A DNA stretch of 64,000 bases from Octopus sinensis (lineage: Eukaryota): contig NC_043001.1 of the NCBI RefSeq assembly GCF_006345805.1, positions 121,706,001 through 121,770,000 of the forward strand, read 5' to 3'. This document shows positions 1 to 13,419 of this stretch, one piece after another. Numbering within the stretch: the first letter of the stretch is position 1; the number at the start of each line of letters is the position of its first letter. A model generated the notes under the pieces. The model was not told the origin of the DNA. It did no database searches and saw nothing but the letters and a program-made list of their open reading frames with translations. The translations under genes were made by a program, and so were the position numbers.

Positions 1-73
1 GAGGGAACTGGAACAACATGAAATAAAGTGTCCTGCATGAGATCATAACACACAGCCTAGCCTAGGAATATAT

Positions 74-138
<65 letters not shown>

Positions 139-139
<1 letters not shown>

Positions 140-653
140 CTATATATATAAAACTGTAGTTGTATGAGTGTCTGTCCCCTTCGATTTAGATTCCTAACTA
201 CTCCCACATTTTGCGGTGCAGTTTAACCAAATTCGGGTATCTTATAGTCGTGATTCATATCTAGCCCTGCTGAGTATTAGCGCGCGTCTATGATGAGTCT
301 ACGAGTTTAAAAATAATTTAACATCATTTTTTATTCCATTTTAATGCATAATTTTTCGTGTGTCGATGGCGGCGGAGTTGGTGTCCACGCTCAAACACCT
401 GCACCTGTTTGCTTCTCCCCCTTCTTCCCTCCCTCATGAAGCTGTGGGGAAGGGAATGTAAGGAAATCAACATCGTAAAGCGTTGTCAAGGAGACCAGCG
501 TTCTTTTAGAACAACGACTTCATGGCTTGAAGACACCAAAACAGAAATGGCTAAGAAAGCCCGAATTGGCATCTATAAGGGAAGTAACTCTCTAAAAATG
601 CTTATATAGTTATTTCCCTTACAAACCCGAGCAACGCCGGGCGATACTGCTAG
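139..653 (+). mobile_element. Non-autonomous Helitron-like element
   Basis: Starts TC (tctatatatataaaa, 139), ends CTAG (650-653), sits between A and T, and has a subterminal GC-rich hairpin cccgagc-aac-gccggg (~625-641). The 3' end matches the element at 52583. Confidence 0.75.
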
Positions 654-687
654 TATATATATATATAATATATATATATATACATAT

Positions 688-855
688 ATACGATGGGCTT
701 CTTTCAGTTTCTGTCTACCAAATCCACTCACAAAGCTTTGGTCAGCCCAAGGCTATAGTAGAAGACATTTGCCCAAGGTGCCATACAGTAGGACTGAACC
801 CGGAACCATGTGGTTGGTAAGCAAGCTACTTACCACACAGCCACTCCTATGCCTA
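688..855 (-). mobile_element. SINE family A (tRNA head + CORE-like domain), 5' half
   Basis: Reverse complement of taggcataggagtggctgtgtggtaag...gcaccttgggcaa...gaaactgaaagaagccc, a unit found more than 12 times in the window. Confidence 0.85.
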
Positions 856-1444
856 ACGTTTCTGCCAGCTTGCCGCCTTACTACAACAACTGTGTAGGGA
901 TCCATCTACAGTGGATCCAGTTAGCATTCCAGAGTAGGGACAAACTGATTGTAGAATATGACAGTAACAAGGCTTACGATGGTGGCGGTGATGGCGATGG
1001 TGGTTGTGGGGATAATAATGGCTGTAGTGATGATGATGATGGTGGTGGTGGAGATGATATTTATTGAGGTAGTGGTTGTGCTGATGTTGGTGGTGGTGGT
1101 GGGGGGTGTTGGTGATAGTGATGGTGATGATGGTAGTAATGGTGGTGGTGGTAGTGGTGTGTGGACAGGAAGTGGAGTAGGGAAGTGGAGGGGGCTATCA
1201 CCCTGTTTCAAAGCTTTATGGTACATCATAGGGAAGAGGAGAAATTGGTGGTGGCGGTGGGAGGAGAGAGTGGTGGGTTGTGGCGGGGATGGGGTGGGGG
1301 CAGTTGGTTTTTGAGTCAACAAGATGTTTCCGGAAGTGGGTTAAGGGGAGTGGAGAGGAGAGGCAGGGGAGGGGAGAGATCAAGGGGGCAGACATGGCAG
1401 AGACAATTTAAACTTAGTTGCTTTCACCTTCTCTCTCCCCCACT

Positions 1445-1930
1445 TAGAAGAGAGAGAAAGAGAGAGAGGGAATGTAAGAAAGAGAGACAAAGCAATAGAG
1501 ACAAAAACAGAGAGTAAGAGAGAGAGAGAGAGAGGGAGAGAGTAAGAGAAAGGAGAGAGAGACAAAGCAATAGAGACAAAAACAGAGAGTAAGAGAGAGA
1601 GAGAGAGGGAGAGAGTAAGAGAAAGGAGAGAGAGACAAAGCAATAGAGACAAAACAGAGAGAGAGAGGGGGGGAGAAAGAGAAAGAGAGAAAGAGGAGAG
1701 AGAGACAAAGCAATAGAGACAAAAACAGTGAGAGAGAGAGAGTAAGCGAGAAAGTAAAGGGAGAAGGAGAGAGAGAGATAAACAAAGCAACAAAAACAAA
1801 GAGAGAGAGAAAAAGACAATGAAGAAAAGAGAAAAAGAGAGAAACAAAGAGAGAGACAAAGACAAAATTACAAAAACAGAGAGAGAGAGAGAGAGTGAGA
1901 TTGAGATTGAGGGAGAAAGAAGGAAGAACT
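1445..1930 (+). repeat. Polypurine (AG-rich) tract with ~74-bp higher-order repeat
   Basis: Anchor motif acaaagcaatagagacaaaa(a)cag or a degenerate form at 1487, 1562, 1635, 1705, 1782 and 1856. Confidence 0.85.
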
Positions 1931-1969
1931 GGCTATAGAAGAATATGCCAAGTAGGAGTAGTAATGAAA

Positions 1970-2364
1970 GTGGGGGACGGGGGGGGTTAGGGATGATGGT
2001 GAGGAGGAGGGTGGTGGTGTTGGTGGTGGTGGTGGAAGTGTTAATGATAATGATGATTGCAACTTTGTGTAATACAATGCAAAAATGGTGGCGGTGGTGG
2101 TGGTGTTGGTGATGGTGGTAAGGGTAGGAGGAGTAATGGCAACAGTAGTGGTAGCGGTGGTGGTCGTGATTTGCTAACGAAGGCTGCAACTTTATTGTGT
2201 AATTATAATGTAAAAAGAAGACAAAAAAAAACAAAAAAAGTTTGTTAGTAACAGTATAGGTGGTGGTGGTTGACGATGATAACTGCAACTATTGTGTAAT
2301 GACTATAATGTGGAAAAGTTGTAGTTGTTGGTAGCAGCAGCAGCGGCAGGAGCAGTATTAGCAT

Positions 2365-2404
<40 letters not shown>

Positions 2405-2469
2405 GGTGGTGATGTAATATGACAATGACTTTTGCAATTTTATTGTGCAATACAATGTAAAATTTTGCT

Positions 2470-2507
<38 letters not shown>

Positions 2508-3002
2508 GGTGATGATGACTATAACCTTATATAATATAACGTAAAAAAAAAACTTGTAGTAGTAGTAGTAGTATTGGTGGTAGCGGTGGCAGTGGCTGTA
2601 ATAGTAGAAGGGGTGTGTCATCAGCAGTGGTACTATTATTAATAGAGATACACTGCAACTGCATTAGGAGGTGCAGTAGTAGCAGCAGCAGTAGTAGTAG
2701 TAGTAGTAGTAGTAGTACCAACACCGCTACCACCATGACCACCCATAGTTGTATAATAAGAGGTGGTAGCAATATTAAGTTGAAGCTGTAGTTGAAGAAG
2801 TAGTAGTAGTTGTTGTAGTAGTGGTGATGGTAGTGGTGGTTGCGATGGCTTTGATTGGAATGGTGATGGTGGTGGTGGTTGTGGTTGTAGTAGTATTAGT
2901 AGTAGTAGTAGCAGCAGCAGTGGTGATGGTGGTGGTTGTAGTGGTTTTGGTTGTAGTGATGGTGGTGGTGGTAGTAGTAGTAGTAGTCATAGTAGCAGTA
3001 GC

Positions 3003-3048
<46 letters not shown>

Positions 3049-3166
3049 GCACCAGTGGTGATGGTGGTGGTTGCAGTGATCATGGTTGTAATGATGGTGG
3101 TGGTAGTAGTAGTAGTAGCAGTAGTAGCAGCAGTAGTAGTAGCAGTAGTAGCGGTAGCAGCAGCAT

Positions 3167-3198
<32 letters not shown>

Positions 3199-3200
3199 CC
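1970..3200 (+). repeat. Compound (GGT)n/(GTA)n/(GCA)n trinucleotide low-complexity region
   Basis: Long gtagta/ggtggt arrays, which produce the poly-Val and poly-Thr ORFs on both strands. Confidence 0.9.
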
Positions 3201-3436
3201 TATAATCTGATATATCAAAACTCTAATCGAACTAAATATGCACAGAGATCACTGACATCATTGCTGTTATTCATTATCACTCAGTGTGATATGATGTAAT
3301 ATCATCACAAGCCACTATTGACTTTTATATAGGATACAACAAGCCAGTGAGTCGCTGTGTGTGATATCACTTGAAGATGATTTAGCATTTTAGCATTTGC
3401 AATATAGATTTAAGGCATTATCACTCATTCGAGAAT

Positions 3437-3867
3437 GTGGTGAGCTAGTAGAGAGGTTAGCATGCCAGGCGAAATGCTTAGCGGTATTGCGTCTGTCTTT
3501 ACATTCTGAGTTCAAATTCTGCCGAGGTCGACTTTACTTTTCATCCTTTCGGGGTTGATAAATTAAGTACCAGTTGCGTACTGAGGTCGATCTAGTCGAC
3601 TGAACCCCCACCAAAAAAAAAAAATTCGGGCCTTGTGCCTAGAGTAGAAAAGATGGTGGCAAGCTGGCAGAAATGTTAGCACGCTGGGCGAAATGCTTAG
3701 CAGTATGTCGTCTGTCTTTACATTCTGAGTTCAAACTCAGCCAAGGTTGAGTTTGCTTTTCATTTTTTTTTGGTCGATAAATTAAATACCAGTTACGTAC
3801 TAGGGTCAATCTAATCGACTGGCCCCCCTCCCCCCAAATTTTGGCCTTGTGCCTAGAGTAGAAAAGA
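3437..3867 (+). mobile_element. Two head-to-tail copies of SINE family C (tRNA head + Meta/MESC-like central domain)
   Basis: Units at ~3437-3653 and ~3655-3867: ggcgagctggcagaa..gttagcacgccgggcgaaatgc...gagttcaaattc..gaggtcgactttgcctttcatcctttcggggtcgataaattaagtaccag. The domain name is assigned from memory. Confidence 0.8.
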
Positions 3868-4777
3868 ATATCACTAATGTAAAGAGTATCACTTATCTTT
3901 TATCTTTTGCTCGTTGCAGCCATTAGACTGTGGCCATGCTGTGGCACCACCTTAAAGGTTTAGTTGGATACAAAAGAATTTACCTTCAGTACTTATCTTT
4001 TTATTTTTTTAAGTTTGCTTTGCAACCCCATGGTTCTGGATTTAGATAAAGGGCCATTGTGTTGCACTTTGGACAAGTGTCTTCTACTATAGCCCTGGGC
4101 CAACCAAGGCCTTGTGAGTGGGTTTGTTACTTGGAAACTGAAACTCCTTGTACACGTGTGTGTGTGTGTGTGTGTCTTCGTATTTGTGTTTGTCCCTCAC
4201 TACCGCTTCACAAATGGTTGGTTAGTTTCCTTCTCACTACACAACCATTGAGGCACATTTTCAATAGCCAGATGCCTTTCCTGTTGCTAACCCTTACCCG
4301 TGCCCAAGCAAGGAAATATTTCCCCATGGCCGGACATGTTTTCATGGAGGATTGCAAACAATTGACACTGCATGTATGATGGTGTTGCTTGTTTACAGCT
4401 GCTGCATGCTGTCAAGACAAGGAGCCACAAACACATACACACTCATATATGACAAGCTTCTTTCAGTTTCCGCCAAACAAATCCACTTGTAAGGCTTTGG
4501 TTGACTTAAGGTCGTGGTAGAAAACATTTGCTTGAGGCTCCGTACAGTGAGACTGAACTTAAAATTACATGACTGGGAAGCATGCTATTTAATCACAGCC
4601 AAGCATGCATAGTGAGAGAGGGAGAGGGAGAGACGGAGAGAGAGAGAGAAAGAAAGAGAGAGAGAGAGAGAGAAAGAGAAAGAGAGAGAGAGAGAGAGAG
4701 AGGGAGATGGATAGCCGTACATATACACACACACACACACACACACATACACACAGGTATAACAAATATATACATAT

Positions 4778-5175
4778 GTATGGTAAGTGCCTTGCTTACC
4801 AACCACATGGTTCTGGGTTCATTCCCACTGCATGGCACCTTGGGCAAATGTCTTCTACAATAGTCTCGGGCCGACCAAAGCCATGCGAGTGGATTTGGTA
4901 GATGGAAACTGAAGGAAGCCCATCGTATATATGTATATATATATGTATGTGTATGTTTGTGTGTCTGTATTTGTCCCCCCCAACATCGTTTGACAACCGA
5001 TGCTGGTGTGTTTACATCCCCGTCACTTAGCAGTTCAGCAAAAGAGACCGATAGAATAAGTACTGGGCTTACAAAGAATAAGTCCTGGGGTCGATTTGCT
5101 CGGCTAAAGGCAGTGCTCCAGCATGACCGCAGCCAAATGACTGAAACAAGTAAAAGAGTAAAAAGAGTAAAGAGT
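4778..5175 (+). mobile_element. SINE family A, near full length
   Basis: Head, CORE-like gcaccttgggcaaatgtcttc, internal AT/GT microsatellite, and 3' module ending (aaagagt)n. Confidence 0.9.
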
Positions 5176-5181
5176 ATAGAC

Positions 5182-5368
5182 ATAGGCGCAGGAGTGGCTG
5201 TCTGGTAAGTAGCTTGCTAACCAACCACATGGTTCCGGGTTCAGTCCCACTGCGTGGCATCTTAGGCAAGTGTCTTCTGCTATAGCCCCGGGCCGACCAA
5301 TGCCTTGTGAGTGGATTTGGTAGACGTAAACTGAAAGAAGCCCGTCGTATATATGTGTATATATATAT

Positions 5369-5415
<47 letters not shown>

Positions 5416-5632
5416 TTGTGTGTCTGTGTTTGTCCCCCTAGCATTGCTTGACAACCGATGCTGGTGTGTTTACGTCCCCGTCACTTAGCAGTTCGGCAAA
5501 AGAGACCGATAGAATAAGTACTGGGCTTACAAAGAATAAGTCCTGGGGTCGATTTGCTTGGCTAAAGGCGGTGCTCCAGCATGACCGCAGCCAAATGACT
5601 GAAACAAGTAAAAGAGTAAAAAGAGTAAAGAG
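5182..5632 (+). mobile_element. SINE family A, full length
   Basis: Starts ataggcgcaggagtggctg with Pol III A/B-box-like motifs (B-box-like ggttcagtccc) and ends with an (aaagagt)n tail. Confidence 0.9.
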
Positions 5633-6697
5633 TATAGACATATATAAAATGTGTGCATGCAAAGATTTCATAATGCAACCATTATAAAAACTCACTGCAA
5701 ATAACACTAAACACACACACACACACACACACACTTGCACATGCACACATGTGCACATATAAACATTCATTCAATAAAGAATTAACACATAGCTACATGT
5801 ACACACACACATGTATACACAAATGCCTTCTTAAGATTTCCTGAAGAAGACGAGAATCCACATGGGAACCGGTTCTAGTAAATAGCATTTGCAAAAGAAA
5901 AGACACAAGTATTCTAAAATCTATGTTATGGCATACAAAATCCTTTGCTTCTTTTCTTCTTCAATTCCTTCTTTTTCTTGGTTCATTTAATGCAGTCTTT
6001 ATAGAAAAATCTCTAACATATTTGTTGCGGCTTTTATCATTTATTATTCAATCAAATTTCTGGATGCATTTATATAGTAAATACAGATTCTTCAAAATCT
6101 TACCTAAATTCACTCAGGTTTTTTTTTCTATAGATGTCTCACTGTTTTTTTCCCTTTTTTTTTTTACATTTATTCTCATGTTCAGACAAAACAGGAAATA
6201 TGGCTGACATTTTAGTCTACTTTATTTCATTAATGAACATTCTAGGATCTAGATGCTGCTAATTTAGTTTTTAAACAGGACATGATGTCTTCAAACTCCT
6301 ACTTAGATTTACTCAACTTCATCCAAAACCTTATTTCTTTCCAATTTTATTTTCCTTTGTTCTTTTATTGTTGCAGTTTGAACAAAAACTGTGTCAAACA
6401 CATAAGGACCAGTTTTAACCCCTCCTCCCCAGTAAATCATCTTTCTTTGCTGTTGTCACTGTATTATTTTGTTATGGGCATGGCTGTGTGGTTAAGGGCT
6501 TCGTCTTGCAATCAGATGGCTTCAGGTTCAATCCTACTGTACAAATGTTTTTCTTGAGCAAGTGTTTTTTACTATGGCACCAAGCTGACAAATGCTATGT
6601 GAATAAATTTTATAGAGAGAAATTGAAAGAAGCTTGGTATATATATATATATAGTGAGAGAGAGAGAGAAAGAGATAGAGCGATATATATATATTAT

Positions 6698-6774
<77 letters not shown>

Positions 6775-6810
6775 CAAACAGACAGACAGATAGCTAGATA
6801 GACAGACAGA
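6698..6810 (+). repeat. (GATA)n/(GACA)n microsatellite
   Basis: Direct reading of the tetranucleotide array. Confidence 0.95.
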
Positions 6811-6832
6811 TAAGTGTGAAGGATGTGTGTGT

Positions 6833-6905
6833 AGGGCTTAGGATTTAGGGTTAAGGTTAAGGCTTAGGATTAGGATTAGGGTGAGGGTTGTTTAAGGTTA
6901 AGGTA
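6833..6905 (+). repeat. Degenerate TTAGGG-like hexamer array
   Basis: Variants ttaggg/ttagga/ttaagg/gtgagg with ~6-bp period. Confidence 0.6.
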
Positions 6906-7535
6906 AGACTGTATACTAAAGTGTAAATGGTTAGGTAGAGCGCATGCAAAAGTGGCATGAAATGAATAATATGTTGTTTATGAAAATCATGTGTAGATTC
7001 ATTTAATTCTTTGTGTACCTTGATCACTACAGAATGGTGGACAAAGAATAAAGAATATTTACAGAATGTGTTTGGAATATGTCGCATATTGATTTTCTTT
7101 TTGTTATGCCTGAGGCCAGTTTTGTAGAGAGAGTGAGTAGAATCGATTACATTGACAAAAATATAGGTAGATATATAAATATTTTATTTGAATGTCAACA
7201 ATTTGATAGAGAGAATAGTATACAAAGTAACTGAAAATGTGTTGGCCAATAAAAAAAAAATAAAATAAAAGGCAGTGTTTCTTAAATATAAGTAAGGTCC
7301 CTTAAATTTGTGACTTTCTATCATCATCATCATCATCATCAAAAACTCCTGGTTTGATAATAGTACGAGTGAAGAGTCTAATGTGGGTTGTGTGCCTGTG
7401 TCTGTGTTAAATACAACAAGACAACAATGCCAAGGGAGTGTGAAATTTCTAGGACATTTGGAAGACATTTATAGGACATTTATAAATGTCCTAGAAATTT
7501 CACACTGCCTTGGCTTTGTTGTCTTGTTGTATTTA

Positions 7536-7581
<46 letters not shown>

Positions 7582-7879
7582 TGTAAGGGCACACAAGGCA
7601 CCTAGCTACTAGAAATAGGAGTTAAAACCTACAGTTAAACCACCAATAACACTGAAGAAATTCAACTGAAAATCAACAGAAGTCAGGTGAATGGGTTAAA
7701 GAATTTTAACATATCAAGAGAGCTTAATGCCATACATTTTGGTATTTGGATATACTTGAATCATGATTTCTAGTTCTGGCAGAAAGCCTTAACTTTCATC
7801 AGCAAGTTTTAGCAATTGAAAAAAAATTTCAACTTGTCACGTTTAAGTCTGCTGGTGTTCTAAACTGTTTTGTGCCAAA

Positions 7880-7975
7880 ATAAATACATATACATATATA
7901 TATGTATATGTATGTGTGTATCTTTGCATGCATGTATGTATATAAATGTGTGTGTGTGTATGTATATATATGTAC

Positions 7976-8006
<31 letters not shown>

Positions 8007-8112
8007 CACATGTGTATATATATATATACACACACATAAATATATGTATACATATATATATATATAATATATATATATATTATATATATATATATATATT
8101 ATATATATATAT

Positions 8113-8153
<41 letters not shown>

Positions 8154-8330
8154 ATAATATATATATATATATATTATATATACACATGTGTATATATATA
8201 TATATACACACACACACATAAATATATGTATACATATATATTATAAATAATATATATATTATAAATAATATATATATATATATATATATTATAAATAATA
8301 TATATATATATATATATAATCATATCATCA
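7880..8330. repeat. Compound (AT)n microsatellite with internal block duplications
   Basis: Repeated tacacatgtgtatata...cacataaatatatgtatac and attataaataatat blocks. Confidence 0.9.
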
Positions 8331-8420
8331 TCATCATTATCATCTAACATTCGTTATCCATGCTGGTGTGTATGTGTGTTTGCATATATATGTATGTACA
8401 TATGTATGCATGTATGTATG

Positions 8421-8451
<31 letters not shown>

Positions 8452-8595
8452 TGTGTGTGTGTGTGTGTAAAGATATGGCTAACTGTGCAATCCTTGATCA
8501 TAGTTTTCACAGTTTCACTAAATCAATCTTTAATACCTGAAGCTAACCCCCCCACCACCACCACCACCACAACCACCGCCGCCGCCGCCGCCACC

Positions 8596-8626
<31 letters not shown>

Positions 8627-9112
8627 CCAACACCAACACCAACAACAACAACAACAACAACAACAAGCCATATTAGAATTTTGAAAGTATATTTTACAGC
8701 GTGTTGAACCATTTTATCGGAACCAGGCTACTTTTGAAGTGAATTGCAGTGATTTCCTTTAAGAGTACATGACGCAAGTTGAATGTTGACAAAGGAAGCG
8801 ATTCCTTACTAAAAACATCGGCACTCAAAGAATGAAAGTGTCTTCCTGTATCACAGCATACAGAACTGTACTTCCATGTTGTGTGAATAAACTATTAAGG
8901 AAATGTATTTATTTCAATAAGTGTGTGTGTGTGTGTGTGTGTGTATTATATACATATTTTCTTTTGAATGTACTTAGAGATACATAAGTGTATATAAATG
9001 AATGGAGTATATATATGAGCGTGTATGTATGAATATATATTATATAAATGTATATAAGTACAAAAATATATACACACATATATTTAAATATATTATGTAT
9101 ATATATGTATAC

Positions 9113-9166
<54 letters not shown>

Positions 9167-9185
9167 CATACATATGTATATACAT

Positions 9186-9260
<75 letters not shown>

Positions 9261-9427
9261 ATATATATATATATACACACACACATATATATATATATAC
9301 ATATAGATACACACACATATGTATAAGTAAACATATATGTATATATATATGTATACATTTATATACACATATATGTGTGTATATAAAATGATAGAATACA
9401 CACACACACACACATATATATAAATAA

Positions 9428-9478
<51 letters not shown>

Positions 9479-10141
9479 CGGACACACACTTCCTGCTGTA
9501 TCCTCACAACCCTCGCCTACATCTTTCTTTCATGTTCCATTCATTCACCTCTTCCACCCATACATGCCATTAAAACATAGTACTACTGCACTGAATACTC
9601 CAACACACCCACCTCATTCCTCCACCACTCTGCCGCTCCTTGTCTCACTAAACTTCCACACTAAACCATTTCGACATTTCCCCTATCTCGTTACTAATAG
9701 CCAGTATTCTGTTATTCTCTTCAGGACCATTTTCACACAACTATAAATCTCATCCTTTTGTAATTTCCCCTCCTTAGAACCACCACACTCTCTCCTATCC
9801 CCTTCTAAGTTGGCAGAATGGATGGTGATGAGGTCAAGTCAGTTCTTTAGTCTTGCAAGGTGCAAGGCAACCTCACTAATGTTGGTTTCACAAGAAAAGC
9901 ATAGAGTACATTGTGGGAAATGAGTATTTGAATGAGCATCAAACTGGAGATACAGTGTCAAAACAGAGACACTGGACCACTATGTGGTCTTCCAGCTTGT
10001 TTAATCCCGAATAATTACTATTTTTAAACCTCACAATGTGAGATATCCAGCGACAGTACTTTGTAGTAAAGATTGGTGGTTGGGAAGCAAGCTTCTTACC
10101 ACACAGCCACTCCTGTGCCTATGTATATATGTGTGTGTATA

Positions 10142-10180
<39 letters not shown>

Positions 10181-10186
<6 letters not shown>

Positions 10187-10350
10187 GAAGAATTCATGAA
10201 AAAACAAAAGACGAAGATAGGTGGTGTAGAAAACAAACAGATGTGTTAGTATAATGCTCAGGAATTGAAAAACTCTTTTATGTTTCGAGCCTATGCTCTT
10301 CCACAGAAAGAAACAAGATGAGAAAAAAAATGTGTGTAGTGGCTACCAAT
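10181..10350 (-). mobile_element. Small Penelope-pLTR-like repeat carrying a hammerhead-like motif (10274-10311)
   Basis: Reverse complement of 53480-53645. Minus strand reads tcttt-CTGTGGA-A-gagc-atag-gctc-GAAAC-AT-A-aaaga. Confidence 0.55.
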
Positions 10351-11149
10351 CTATCATGGCGACTGCTGGACAGAAGGGTCATATATATATATATATATAT
10401 ATATACATACACACACACATATATATACATACGCATATATGGGTACAAGACATCACCAACAGTAAACAAGATGAAATACGAAAACAAATGAGTTCAATAC
10501 ACAAACAATGAGAGAAACAAATGGAAAACAGGTCAAGTAACACAATGAATGACCCTTCATCAGTTATCAGCTGTCCATGTACTCATTTATGCATACATAA
10601 TACTTTTGTACCTATGGGATACTTAGTGCTTCAATGAATTTTTGTCACACTCATCATGTGCTGTCTCTCTTAAGTCATCCGTCACCCACCATCTGTCACA
10701 TCTATTCTTACTCGTGTCTCACATAGACTCTTTCTCTCTCTCTTCCTCTTCTTCCATCTGCCATCCATCTGTGCGCAGTCTGAACAAGTCTTCCATCTCA
10801 TCTATAGTTGTCTGCCAACTGGCTCCATCACGTCAATCTTATTGTGTTATTAAGCAGTGTTACATTAACACCCTCACTCTTGTTAACCACATGATTATCC
10901 CACCAAATTCCTGACATTCTACATAAGGCTTTATGTTTAATGGTTAAGAATTTATCGACAACAGACATAGTGGGGCTGTACCAAGATCAATGGCAGTAAA
11001 GTGACACTGATCTTGCAAAGGATACATAAATTTTTACCTAGGTAACTCACATGTACTATGGACATCTAGAATCACCACACTCTCTCCTACCCTCCTTTCA
11101 GTTGGTGGAATAAATGGCAGGGTCATTTCATTTCTTTTGTCTTGCAAGT

Positions 11150-11400
11150 GGTACAATGGACATGTGATTAGAATGTTGTGGGAAAGAATCATAAGACAGA
11201 TTCTTCATGCTGAGCCAACCAGCAAGACACCTAGAGGTCGACCAAGAATAAGATGGTTGTGTAGTTTCCAGTCTTAGTTGGTTGTGCTTAAGAATCTAGC
11301 CAGAAAGGGTGATGATGGATGCATCTGATAGGACCCTGTGGAAGAGGTGCCAGAGGACTCTCATGATTCTACAATGAATTGTGAGTAGTGAAAATAAATG
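11150..11400 (+). mobile_element. Decayed RTE-clade LINE ORF2 C-terminus
   Basis: Translates GHVIRMLWERIIRQILHAEPTSKTPRGRPRIRW, matching the RTE-type GHV.RM...R.RGRP..RW motif. Confidence 0.6.
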
Positions 11401-11847
11401 GCTGGATAAAAATCTAGAGTCTTTGAACTTCTATAAAAAGGTATGTTAACATACCTGTTACTTGCGTCCTATTTTTCTGGACTGATTGGTCATTAATTAC
11501 AAACACAATATCCAAGAACTTGGAGAAATTAGTGGACTTTATTATTTCTCGTTCTACAACTGAATGGATTGGCAATAATTTATATTCATAATCTCTGTCT
11601 TTAATTAATAACCAGAACAAATTTGCTTTTCTTGAAATTATCAAAGATTTCGTAAAATGATTTTGTTATTATTTACCTGGTGTTTGGAACATAAATTAAT
11701 TAAAAATTTTGATGAAAGGTTTTGAGTTAGATTGGTTTAAAACAATTTTTGTATTGCAGAATCAGGGCTGGTCTCAAGGAATTTGGTATCTGAAGGGTTA
11801 AACCAAGCAGTCGTAGTTGCATTTCTCCTGTTGTTATTGAAATCATG

Positions 11848-12238
11848 GGAGGCGCAATGGCCCAGCGATTAGGGCAGCGGACTCGCGGTCGTAGGATCGC
11901 GGTTTCGATTCCCAGACCGGGCGTTGTGAGTGTTTATTGAGCGAAAACACCTAAAGCTCCACGAGACTCCAGCAGGGATGGTGGTGATCCCTGCTGTACT
12001 CTTTCACCACAACTTCTCTCACTCTTACTTCCTGTTTCTTGTTGTACCTGTATTTCAAAGGGCTGGCCTTGTCACTCTCTGTGTCACGCTGAATATCCCC
12101 GAGAACTACATTAAGGGTACACGTGTCTGTGGAGTGCTCAGCCACTTACACGTTAATTTCACGAGCAGGCTGTTCCGTTGATCGGATCAACCGGAACCCT
12201 CGTCGTCGTAACCGACGGAGTGCTTCCAGTCCAGTCCC
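11848..12238 (+). mobile_element. SINE family D, young full-length copy with 12-bp TSD
   Basis: A-box tggcccagcg, B-box-like ggtttcgattccc, many CpGs retained, and perfect TSD attgaaatcatg at 11836-11847 and 12239-12250. Confidence 0.92.
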
Positions 12239-13061
12239 ATTGAAATCATGACGAGGTTCTTCTGAGCACAATCTAGATCAACTAGCATCATACTGCACAC
12301 TTATCTTTCTATTGTATTTCACAAACACTCTTCCCTGAAAAACTCTCTCTTTCAATAATCAATCACAAACAAACACACACACAAAAAGGAAAAGAAACAA
12401 CAAGAAAGAGACTCATTAAGTGTGATAAAAGGAAGAACTTGAATGGCATTGAGGAGAAGAATGAAGCTCAAATGAATAGAGAAGGAGAGAGAAATATCAG
12501 ATTAAGTCCCTCGATCAATGAAAGAAATTACAAGCATGGCCATGATAAACAAAGACCTTCCAATTAGAGATAGAGAGGAACCTATTGACTAACAATAAAG
12601 AAATAAAGAATAAATGGTGGTCGCACTTTAACAAAATACTGAATGGCCCAATTCTGCAAAACGAAGAAATTAATAATAGATTTGGACCCTGAAGCAAGGA
12701 TAAAATCTATTTCTTTACTACCCACAAGAGGCTAAGCACAGAGAGGACAAACAGATTAAGTAGAATATATCGACCCCAGTGTGTAACTGGTACTTATTTA
12801 ATCGACCCCTAAAGGATGAAAGGCAAAGTTGACAAAATCAGTTGAGGTCATTAAAGCTGGCTATAAGCACAGGGGTGGTTGTGTAGTGGAGATGTGCAGT
12901 TTATAGTTTAATGGGTTTTAGGGACACTCCCCTGGGTGACACTTTAAGCAAGTATCTTTTGCTTATAGCTTGTGGGCAGGTTAAAGCCTTGTGAGTGGAA
13001 ATGGAAGACAAACTGAAAAAGTCCCTTTATGTGTGTGTGTGTGTGTGTGTTATACACAGTT

Positions 13062-13146
<85 letters not shown>

Positions 13147-13419
13147 TAGATAGATAGAGGGATAGATGGTTAGATAGACAGATAGATAAATAGAACGAGA
13201 GAGAGAGTGAGAGAGAGAGAGAGTGAGAGAGAGAGGACGGACAGACAGATAGATAGAGGGATAAGATGGATAGATAGATAGATAAATTGGAAGAGAGAGA
13301 GAGAGGGGGAGGGAAAGAGATGGCGGGATTGAGAGAGAAATAGAGAGATATATAAGCATGGAAATGCAGGCATTAAAAGAATGCGACCATGCTGGGGCAC
13401 CACCTTTGGTTGAGTAAAT

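Noticed and set aside
5836-5880. CTGAAGA...GGAACCGGTT as a degenerate hammerhead
   Set aside because: The palindromic AACCGGTT is suggestive, but stems I and II do not pair and GAAA is mutated; single copy in the window.
11848-11920. tRNA genes at SINE heads (also 5182, 18912, 27223)
   Set aside because: A/B boxes are present but there is no complete cloverleaf or acceptor stem, and they continue into SINE bodies.
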